Of a DNA stretch of 25,288 nt, positions 1 to 6,660 are shown in pieces; position 1 is the first letter of the stretch; each line of letters starts with the position of its first letter. Origin of the DNA: a virus. Its lineage: Duplodnaviria > Caudoviricetes. The stretch covers positions 1 to 25,288 of IMG/VR virus record IMGVR_UViG_3300049919_000092. One strand, written 5' to 3'. A program made the translations under genes and the position numbers. Under the pieces are notes generated by a model. That model was not told the DNA's origin. It ran no database searches and worked only from the letters and a program-made list of their open reading frames with translations.

Positions 1-5
1 CATAT

Positions 6-34
6 ATTATACTCCTCTAATAAAAAACGTACAA
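6..34 (-). promoter_or_regulatory. Sigma70-type promoter firing leftward out of the window
   Basis: Minus strand TTGTAC-17 bp-TATAAT. Confidence 0.55.
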
Positions 35-43
35 GCAAGTTGT

Positions 44-496
44 CTATGTGGATAACTTTTGATCCTTATCTTTTAGTCTTTTGACTATGTTGAATACGGT
101 TGTTTTGTGTAAATTGTATTCCCTAGCTATCTCTTCATAACTATATTTCTTTTGTCTAAGTAAAAACATACCTTCGTTTCTACTTATCTTCTCCGGTCGT
201 CCTCTTCCTCTTTTCTCAAAAGTTTCAGCACCTTGTAGTTTTTTAAATTTAAGAAAAAGAAATAGAGCTTGACCAATTTGCAATCGTTCACTCTCACGAG
301 ACACAGATTGATTGACTGAATTTAGATAACTTTCGATGTCTAATTCATTAAGATCTTCATATTTATCTATACCTACTACCTTAATAAAGTCTAATAAATA
401 TCTAACGTGGTTCTGGGTAGTAAGGTACCGTCTACGTGATATAGCAAATTCAGCAACCTCCTTTTGGATGGGGCTTTTTCGTTTAATCCATATCAT
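44..496 (-). CDS. DNA-binding protein: tyrosine-recombinase core-binding (SAM-like) region, KRGRGRP motif and C-terminal HTH
   Basis: ORF track 44..628; the ATG at 496 (MIWIK) is preferred because the upstream part overlaps promoter-like sequence (ATG at 601 is an alternative). HTH-like YSYEEIAREYNLHKTTVFNIVKR; N-terminal helical pattern LLDFIKVVG..EDLNELDIESYL..QALFLFLKF. Confidence 0.7.
   Translation of the reverse strand: MIWIKRKSPIQKEVAEFAISRRRYLTTQNHVRYLLDFIKVVGIDKYEDLNELDIESYLNSVNQSVSRESERLQIGQALFLFLKFKKLQGAETFEKRGRGRPEKISRNEGMFLLRQKKYSYEEIAREYNLHKTTVFNIVKRLKDKDQKLST
47..55 (-). promoter_or_regulatory. Consensus DnaA box (TTATCCACA)
   Basis: TGTGGATAA on + strand, just upstream of the promoter at 6-34. 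Confidence 0.55.
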
Positions 497-616
497 ATTT
501 ATTTGAATGTTAAGCTTATAATTTCTTATATGTAGTACCACGACATATATATAATAGCAAGGGTTTGGAACACATATCTTGCTAGTCTTAAGTATTCGCA
601 TATTTGTATGCTCTTC

Positions 617-644
617 ACTATAGCACACATTAAAAATAATGCAA
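617..644 (-). promoter_or_regulatory. Putative promoter for the HTH gene
   Basis: TTGCAT-16 bp-TATAGT with an extended -10 TG. Confidence 0.45.
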
Positions 645-663
645 GCTTTATGGTAAAGGTACT

Positions 664-697
664 AAAAACAAAAACCCCCTAGAGCTACCTAGGAGGA
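664..697 (-). terminator. Intrinsic terminator
   Basis: Minus strand CCTCCTAG-gtagct-CTAGGGGG followed by TTTTTGTTTTT. Confidence 0.7.
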
Positions 698-806
698 ATT
701 TGTGCTGGACTTGTCCAACTGAATTATTTTAACTTTTACTGAGCCCATATGTCAACCCAATTTTATCCATCTTTGTAATTGTGACCTATCTTTGAATACT
801 ATCCAT

Positions 807-995
807 CTATTCTTTAGTTGGCTCCGTTACTTCTTCAAAGATAAAGCCAAGGTCTTTCAAACAGCGGATATGCTCGTCTGAAAGGGATTGTTTTTCTGTC
901 AGTTCTTTGAGGGCTACACGTTGTAGGTGGTCTGTTGGATATGAGCACCATCGGCCATATATTCGTTTACGATAATATTTGATTACATTGTTCAT
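807..995 (-). CDS. Hypothetical small phage protein (62 aa)
   Basis: ATG-started ORF, co-oriented with neighbours, followed by a terminator. Confidence 0.75.
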   Translation of the reverse strand: MNNVIKYYRKRIYGRWCSYPTDHLQRVALKELTEKQSLSDEHIRCLKDLGFIFEEVTEPTKE

Positions 996-1113
996 GTTAT
1001 AATTTCAATTTGCTGAACCCATAACTCGATTGTAAGGGCAAGCCTATCTTATAATTGTCTATAGGATAGCATTGTATCCCCTGTTGGGGCAATCCTAGCC
1101 TATCTTAGAATAC

Positions 1114-1150
1114 AAAAAAGCCACCGTGTTAGGGTAGCTTTTTGGTGGCT
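1114..1150 (-). terminator. Intrinsic terminator, possibly bidirectional
   Basis: Minus strand GCTACC-ctaacac-GGTGGC-TTTTTT, with A/T tracts on both sides. Confidence 0.6.
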
Positions 1151-1182
1151 GTTTGTTTTACAGCGATTGAAAAGGGTTTAGT

Positions 1183-1413
1183 TTATTTTTTACATTGAGT
1201 GCAATACTTCCAGCCGTCGGGATTATATGGGTCACTATTTATATAATGGGGACAATCGGGGCTTTTACCAGTATTGTCTTTATACCATTTTATATCTTCT
1301 AGCTTCTGTAATGTCTTCAATATACTCATAGCGTTGCGTTTAATAGTTTCGTTTGAGTGTGTTAGTAGTTCGCCTAGGGTGAGGGTTGTGTGGTTCATAT
1401 TATAATACCCCAT
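1183..1413 (-). CDS. Hypothetical protein with possible Zn-binding C-terminus
   Basis: CPH...YCTQC; overlaps the upstream ORF, and the true start may be one of the internal Mets. Confidence 0.65.
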   Translation of the reverse strand: MGYYNMNHTTLTLGELLTHSNETIKRNAMSILKTLQKLEDIKWYKDNTGKSPDCPHYINSDPYNPDGWKYCTQCKK

Positions 1414-1630
1414 CTAATATATCTGACAATATGTCTAAGTCGTTTGACTCTTGTTCTCCTGCATGGTTTTGATATTGGTCGTTTAATGTCATTTTTAGGG
1501 CATATTTATAACCCTCACAAATATCATAGTTTGAACAATAGTGTTCCATAGCTTTCTGTAACATGTCCATTGTTTCATCTTCGCTTGGTATATCTTCAAT
1601 CTTTTTTAGTATTTGTTCGTATGTTGTCAT
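1400..1630 (-). CDS. Hypothetical acidic protein (76 aa)
   Basis: ATG-started ORF in a tightly packed cluster. Confidence 0.75.
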   Translation of the reverse strand: MTTYEQILKKIEDIPSEDETMDMLQKAMEHYCSNYDICEGYKYALKMTLNDQYQNHAGEQESNDLDILSDILDGVL

Positions 1631-1632
1631 AG

Positions 1633-1791
1633 TTAGTATAACTCTATTATTTCTAATACCTTAATAGCCCTTGCTCCGTTCTGTGCTTCACATAGGAAGC
1701 ATTGAGCAATTGCTACTTGTTCAGTGTAACCGCTCCACCTTGCTGTTTTTTCTTCTCCGTCAATTTCGACGGTAATCTTATATAGTTTCAT
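1633..1791 (-). CDS. Hypothetical 52-aa protein, not in the ORF track
   Basis: Hand translation MKLYKITVEIDGEEKTARWSGYTEQVAIAQCFLCEAQNGARAIKVLEIIELY*; stop lies 2 bp before the next ATG. Confidence 0.7.
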   Translation of the reverse strand: MKLYKITVEIDGEEKTARWSGYTEQVAIAQCFLCEAQNGARAIKVLEIIELY

Positions 1792-1883
1792 ATTGTTAAA
1801 GTGCTCTAGCCTCTAGCATGGCTATAATTTTATAATACGCTAGTCAATGCCCGTATATGAGCATTGAGCAGAGTGCTATTGTA

Positions 1884-2084
1884 TTATGCTAAAAACCATA
1901 CTTTCATATCGTCTGTGGCAAATAGGTCTGTCTTGCTCCAAACTGTGTAGCCATCTTTGTGGCGGTATTCTGTGAAGCCTTGTTTAATTAATACCTTTCT
2001 AAATTCGTGGGATGTTTCTGTTTCCATGTTATTGATCTTACTCATTATTATTGATAGCGGTACGCTTATATGCTGAACTGTCAT
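1884..2084 (-). CDS. Hypothetical small protein
   Basis: ORF starts 1 bp after the upstream stop; internal Mets are alternative starts. Confidence 0.6.
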   Translation of the reverse strand: MTVQHISVPLSIIMSKINNMETETSHEFRKVLIKQGFTEYRHKDGYTVWSKTDLFATDDMKVWFLA

Positions 2085-2085
2085 A

Positions 2086-2268
2086 TTACTTACTCATGCA
2101 GTCAGTCATAAAGTTAGTAAAGTCTTCGGCTTGTATATCATATGATACATATTGCTCATAACAACCGTCATAGACTGTGGCTGTTTTATAGTCTCTTTCA
2201 CTTGCTCCATGTAATGCCATGTACATACCTCCAGTGCCTACTAATATATAGAATAGAATTTTTGTCAT
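2086..2268 (-). CDS. Small exported or membrane-anchored protein (60 aa)
   Basis: Hydrophobic N-terminus KILFYILVGTGGMYMAL, two Cys; first gene after the promoter at 2328-2356. Confidence 0.7.
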   Translation of the reverse strand: MTKILFYILVGTGGMYMALHGASERDYKTATVYDGCYEQYVSYDIQAEDFTNFMTDCMSK

Positions 2269-2327
2269 AATGTAGCTCTTATGTTTAATTGTTAATGCTT
2301 AAGAAGCTGTAACACTTCTATATCTAC

Positions 2328-2356
2328 ATACTACTCCCTTACCCTTTAAAGGTCAA
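2328..2356 (-). promoter_or_regulatory. Sigma70 promoter for the small-gene cluster
   Basis: TTGACC-17 bp-TAGTAT on the minus strand. Confidence 0.6.
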
Positions 2357-2452
2357 CTTGACACATCATGCTTTACATTGTAAAGTAATATATATGATAT
2401 AATTTAAGCTTACTATATATAGCTCGTTTAGGACACTATAAACTAGTGTTAG

Positions 2453-2461
2453 TTATCCACA
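2453..2461 (+). promoter_or_regulatory. Consensus DnaA box
   Basis: TTATCCACA, followed by an extended -10-like TGTTAAAAT (2466-2474). Confidence 0.6.
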
Positions 2462-2504
2462 GTTATGTTAAAATATAAAGGTGAATTGATTGAAAGGTGT
2501 TTGG

Positions 2505-2584
2505 TTAACATGTTGTCGTTTGCCTTGATATGTGCCCTCTGTCTCTCTGTTCTCCCAAAACTTTTGTAAACGACAACATGTTAA
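2505..2584. repeat. 17-bp perfect inverted repeat with 46-nt loop
   Basis: TTAACATGTTGTCGTTT (2505-2521) and AAACGACAACATGTTAA (2568-2584). Confidence 0.9.
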
Positions 2585-2692
2585 GCAAAGTTATTGTAAA
2601 CTCTTTTTATCTCCCCCCCCTTTTTTGTATGCCTTACTGTATAAGGCTCTTTTAGAATGGTGATAATACGTTGCTATATAAGGTTATAATTT

Positions 2693-2720
2693 GTGTCGCA
2701 CAATCTACACTTTGCGACGT
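2693..2720. other. dif-like (Xer-type) recombination site candidate
   Basis: GTGTCGCACAA-TCTACA-CTTTGCGACGT has 11-6-11 geometry; left arm resembles the E. coli XerC arm GGTGCGCATAA. Confidence 0.4.
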
Positions 2721-3004
2721 ATTGACTCCCGCCTATATCTATGTTCTAAAAAAAGAAGACGAGGCGGGGATATTTTGTTGGCCTGTGATCGTTGCAAGGG
2801 CCACCCATAGCTCTTACCTATTTTCAATCTAATGTGTGCCACACTATGATAAACACTGTTATTATTTGTCACAAAATGTCCTATTACAATGGAAAATAAC
2901 CCTTATAAAATAAGTGTGCCACAGTATTGTTAAATATTTGACGTAATCACATTTATGTGATAAGGGAGAGCGAAGCGAACACTTAGTATAAGTAGTGTGC
3001 ATGC

Positions 3005-3028
3005 AAAAAAGCCCCCAAACGGGAGGCT
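3005..3028 (-). terminator. Intrinsic terminator
   Basis: Minus strand AGCCTCCC-gttt-GGGGGC-TTTTTT. Confidence 0.7.
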
Positions 3029-3033
3029 AGAAA

Positions 3034-3067
3034 GAGAGATAGATAATCAAGAGAGATAGATAATCAA
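3034..3067. repeat. 17-bp tandem duplication
   Basis: GAGAGATAGATAATCAA x2. Confidence 0.9.
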
Positions 3068-3440
3068 TTTAGAGATCATGTTAGTGGGAAAGACAGAACA
3101 AAAGAGTACAGTCAAACACGATCTCTAAGCTAATTATCTAAGTTCCATCTACTCTCTAAAGTAATTAATAAAAACTACAGTAGACAGAACTTAATCAACT
3201 AACTCTATTTATAACTATACTTGTTAAACAACCTTGTAACTTAAATATTTCTTTCAGAATTTTGTTACGACCCCCCTACCCCCCATAGAATTATGTGAAG
3301 TAGTTTAGGCGTTTGTCTGAAAGAAGAAAACATTTCTCCCTGTCATTTGTCCATTTAGAGTGAGGACACCCAACGCTTATCTGACTTGGTTTAACGTCCC
3401 TCAGATAACCCCCAGGACAAATTCATATTCAACTGCTATT

Positions 3441-3469
3441 ATTATAACATAAATATATAATTATGTCAA
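3441..3469 (-). promoter_or_regulatory. Perfect sigma70 promoter, leftward
   Basis: TTGACA-taattatatatttatgt (17)-TATAAT with extended -10 TG. Confidence 0.85.
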
Positions 3470-3498
3470 GAATATGTGTTCTAATTACTCTTAATACT

Positions 3499-3527
3499 TT
3501 GACATAATGTTATATATGTGGTATAAT
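3499..3527 (+). promoter_or_regulatory. Perfect sigma70 promoter for the packaging operon
   Basis: TTGACA-taatgttatatatgtgg (17)-TATAAT, 8 bp before the ATG at 3536. Confidence 0.85.
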
Positions 3528-3535
3528 GTTTACAC

Positions 3536-3775
3536 ATGACTAAAGAAAAGAATGTTAAAAGTGGTGAGTTAAAAGAGTTTTCTATAACAGTAGAGAATAT
3601 GAAGGTAGGAGATAAAACTAAGCTGTGTCTTATTTTGAGATTATACAATCCCATAAAGATGAAATATGACTTATTTGAATCAGAGGTTCCCAAGAGTTCT
3701 TTTTTAGGAAAGGAGGTGGCCGGTATCTTAAAGGATGCCAAGAAAGTTTTAAAAGATAGTTTAAAGAAGAAATAA
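3536..3775 (+). CDS. Hypothetical basic protein (79 aa)
   Basis: First ORF after a strong promoter. Confidence 0.75.
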   Translation: MTKEKNVKSGELKEFSITVENMKVGDKTKLCLILRLYNPIKMKYDLFESEVPKSSFLGKEVAGILKDAKKVLKDSLKKK

Positions 3776-3779
3776 TATC

Positions 3780-4016
3780 GTGGATACTAAAAAAGCACTA
3801 GAGATTTTAATACAAGGAGTACAGATTGCTAACAAACGAGGAGCTTTTGAGTTAGCAGATAGTAAATTAATTGCTGAAGCAGTAGAAGTTTTTATAAAAA
3901 AAGATGAACAAAGTACCAATACACAGAATACCGAGGGATCAAATACCGGAAGTACCGAAGAGAACGGAGCCTTACAAGAGGCCGTCGAGAGCGAAGAATC
4001 CCCTAAGAAAGGTTAG
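3780..4016 (+). CDS. Hypothetical small phage protein
   Basis: GTG start 4 bp after the previous stop; helical N-terminal half ALEILIQGVQIANKRGAF, acidic tail overlapping terS. Confidence 0.7.
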   Translation: MDTKKALEILIQGVQIANKRGAFELADSKLIAEAVEVFIKKDEQSTNTQNTEGSNTGSTEENGALQEAVESEESPKKG

Positions 4017-4608
4017 ACCTGAAGATTACGTTCCTAAGAAGAAGAGGGAGGGAGATGTTGATACACGTGTACGTGTTAATGGACAACCTTATGCTCCTGA
4101 AAATCCTTACAAAGCAGGTAAATATGTTTCTGATCCAAGACAGGCTGTTTGTTGGGAAATATTCTTAAAAGGATGGGTGAATGGAGATCAAAATGCAGCA
4201 GGAGCAGCTAGACAGGCTGGGTATTCTGAAACAACTGCTTCTAATATCACTAATCAACTCTGGTTTAAGGAGAAGTTTATCAAGCTTAAGCGTAAAGATA
4301 TGCTCTCAAAGGCTGAAAGAAACCTAGATAGAATCTTAGACATTGATTACACCAAACTAGATGAAATAACAGGAAAAGAAGGTATTGATATAGATAAAGC
4401 TAAGTTAGTTGCTGATATATCAAAAATGATGGCCACAACATTAGGTAAAGATGAAGGATATTCTACTAAATCTACTGTTGACCAGAAAGTTTCAGGACAG
4501 GTGAACATTAAAGCAGTGAACTATGCAGACATGGCTCCTGACCAACTAATTGAACAGCCTAAACAAGCAGATGTAATAGATATAACAGGAGAAGAAATAA
4601 GTGAATAG
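3904..4608 (+). CDS. terS: Terminase small subunit
   Basis: NAAGAARQAGYSETTASNI HTH signature; lies upstream of terL. Confidence 0.8.
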   Translation: MNKVPIHRIPRDQIPEVPKRTEPYKRPSRAKNPLRKVRPEDYVPKKKREGDVDTRVRVNGQPYAPENPYKAGKYVSDPRQAVCWEIFLKGWVNGDQNAAGAARQAGYSETTASNITNQLWFKEKFIKLKRKDMLSKAERNLDRILDIDYTKLDEITGKEGIDIDKAKLVADISKMMATTLGKDEGYSTKSTVDQKVSGQVNIKAVNYADMAPDQLIEQPKQADVIDITGEEISE

Positions 4609-4813
4609 TATTGTTTTGGACTTAAAAGAATTTGGAAAGGTTGGAGCAGAGATTGTTGAGGTTCCTGGTGAGCTTGCTTTTATTAAAGGGTTTATTGGAA
4701 AAAAGAATAAATACTTTGCTTTTCATATAGATAGTCGAAAGCACTTTCTTGGGAATATTGATGTTTATGAGAAAAGTATTATTTGGGAACTTAGAACAAA
4801 ATGGCCGATATAA
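4601..4813 (+). CDS. Hypothetical protein (70 aa)
   Basis: GTG-started ORF overlapping both the terS stop and the terL start, suggesting translational coupling. Confidence 0.6.
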   Translation: MNSIVLDLKEFGKVGAEIVEVPGELAFIKGFIGKKNKYFAFHIDSRKHFLGNIDVYEKSIIWELRTKWPI

Positions 4814-6093
4814 CCCTTCCACACGCTTATGCTCCTCGTCCCTATCAGCTCCCTATTCTCAAAGCATGGGACTCAGGTGTTAAAAGACTCTTGTGGGTGG
4901 CTCACCGACGTTCAGGTAAAGATAAAACTATTTTTGCCAATCTTCCTAAGAAAATGATGGAACGTGTAGGGACTTATTATTATTTTCTGCCTACTTATAG
5001 CCAGAGTAAGAAGGTTATTTGGACTGGAGCAGATAAAACAGGTTTTCGTTTCCTCGATCACTTCCCTAAAGAGATTGTTAAATCTATCAACCAAGCAGAT
5101 ATGATTGTTGAACTAATCAACGGTTCTATCTTACAGATGGTTGGAGCAGATAATATTGACCGCATTGTTGGAACTAATCCTATTGGAGTTGTTTTTAGTG
5201 AATACTCTCTTATGAAAGAGGAGGTGTGGAACTTTATCTCCCCTATTCTGGCTGAAAACGGAGGTTGGGCTATCTTTATTATGACACCCCGTGGAATGAA
5301 CCATGCTTATGACATGCTTAAAATGGCACAGAAAAACAAGTCTTGGTTTACAGAGGTACTCACTGTTGAAGATACAAAGGCTCTCTCAGACGAAGTTCTT
5401 GAAGAACAGAAGGTCGGAATGCCTATAGATATTTTCTATCAAGAGTATTACTGTAAGTTTATCGAAGGAGGTACTGGATTCTTTAAGCGTATTACTGAGA
5501 ACGTATACAAGACAGCCGACTATCAACCAAAAGAACTAGCTATGTATCAAATAGGGGTAGACCTTGCTAAGTACAATGACTTTACTGTCATCTCTCCTTT
5601 TAACCTCAACGACTTTCACCTTATGAAGCAGGATTCATTTAATCAAATGGACTATAACTTACAGAAAGCTAAGATTGAAAACGCATATCTAAAACACAAC
5701 AAAGGAAAGATAATGATTGACTCAACAGGTGTAGGTGAACCTGTTTATGACGACCTCTATGCTAGAGGCTTAAATATAGAACCGTTTAGGTTTAATGTTC
5801 GTTCTCGTATGGATCTTCTTAAGAACCTTCAAATGCTCCTAGAACAAGACAAGATTAAGATTCCAGATGATGAAGAATTGTTGGATGAACTACGTTCTGC
5901 TCAATATGAACTCACTCCTAGTGGAAATGTAACTGTACAGGTACCTGACAATAAGCATGATGACCGAATAATGTCTCTAGCCTTAGCTGTATGGCAACTT
6001 CCACAGAACCCAATTCAAGTAAACGCATACACAAGAAGTTATCAAACAGAAGGTGTGAGTTCATTTTACCCAGAATTAGGCACTGGTTATTAG
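4801..6093 (+). CDS. terL: Terminase large subunit
   Basis: PRPYQ Q-motif, Walker A-like HRRSGKD, Walker B-like VVFSE, motif III TPRG, nuclease motifs GVDLAKYND and HDDRIMSLALA. Confidence 0.95.
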   Translation: MADITLPHAYAPRPYQLPILKAWDSGVKRLLWVAHRRSGKDKTIFANLPKKMMERVGTYYYFLPTYSQSKKVIWTGADKTGFRFLDHFPKEIVKSINQADMIVELINGSILQMVGADNIDRIVGTNPIGVVFSEYSLMKEEVWNFISPILAENGGWAIFIMTPRGMNHAYDMLKMAQKNKSWFTEVLTVEDTKALSDEVLEEQKVGMPIDIFYQEYYCKFIEGGTGFFKRITENVYKTADYQPKELAMYQIGVDLAKYNDFTVISPFNLNDFHLMKQDSFNQMDYNLQKAKIENAYLKHNKGKIMIDSTGVGEPVYDDLYARGLNIEPFRFNVRSRMDLLKNLQMLLEQDKIKIPDDEELLDELRSAQYELTPSGNVTVQVPDNKHDDRIMSLALAVWQLPQNPIQVNAYTRSYQTEGVSSFYPELGTGY

Positions 6094-6094
6094 T

Positions 6095-6622
6095 ATGGAA
6101 AAAGATTGTTTGCACTGCGGAAATAAGTTTTCAAAAAAACAAGTCCATTCTACTAAATATTGGGAAAAGGCTAAATATTGTTCACGAAAATGTTCCTTAT
6201 ATTATACCTCTAAAAACTTATCTCGAGGAAGCTCTAAGGGTAAAAAATTAAAGATTAGTCCAGAGGGTTTGGCTAAAAAGAAATTACTTGCTTCTGGTTC
6301 CAATAATTACTTTTGGAAGGGTGGTGTGAGTGATTTAAAAAGACAAATAATTAATCTTCATGAATATAGACATTGGAGGTCTAGTGTTTACTCTAGAGAT
6401 AATTATACCTGTCAGACATGCCTAGAAAAAGGTGGTGAATTAGAGTGCCACCATATTAATGCATTTTCTAAAATTTTAAAACAAAATAATATCACATCAA
6501 CAGAGGAAGCCTTAGAGTGTTCTGAACTTTGGAACATCAACAATGGTCAAACATTGTGTAAGGATTGTCATAAAAATACACCTAATTACGGTACGAGGGC
6601 TACATTACAGCATATTTATTGA
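6095..6622 (+). CDS. HNH endonuclease with N-terminal Zn finger
   Basis: CLHC...YCSRKC, NNYFWKGG, RDNYTCQTC...HHI...NGQTLCKDCH. Confidence 0.9.
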   Translation: MEKDCLHCGNKFSKKQVHSTKYWEKAKYCSRKCSLYYTSKNLSRGSSKGKKLKISPEGLAKKKLLASGSNNYFWKGGVSDLKRQIINLHEYRHWRSSVYSRDNYTCQTCLEKGGELECHHINAFSKILKQNNITSTEEALECSELWNINNGQTLCKDCHKNTPNYGTRATLQHIY

Positions 6623-6647
6623 CACTTGTCAAGTAATGTGTTATAAT
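6619..6647 (+). promoter_or_regulatory. Perfect sigma70 promoter for the portal/head genes
   Basis: TTGACA-cttgtcaagtaatgtgt (17)-TATAAT. Confidence 0.8.
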
Positions 6648-6660
6648 GTACACAACAATT

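Larger units (their letters stand above)
3005..3434 (-). ncRNA. Candidate ~430-nt structured non-coding RNA
   Basis: Bounded by a consensus promoter and a terminator; no ORF of 60 aa or more, and the ATG frames I translated close within about 20 codons; four inverted-repeat stems. Confidence 0.5.

Noticed and set aside
2446-2473. Second dif site, since TTATGTTAAAA matches the XerD arm at 10 of 11 bases
   Set aside because: No XerC-like arm at the right spacing; better explained as a DnaA box plus an extended -10
2834-3067. Possible mini-CRISPR array
   Set aside because: Only two copies each of a 10-mer and an adjacent 17-mer; no repeat-spacer periodicity and no cas genes
2270-3535. tRNA genes in the non-coding region
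   Set aside because: No cloverleaf or T-loop GTTCRA signature found by eye
3481-3741. 86-aa minus-strand ORF
   Set aside because: Antisense shadow of 3536-3775 that runs through the promoter at 3499-3527
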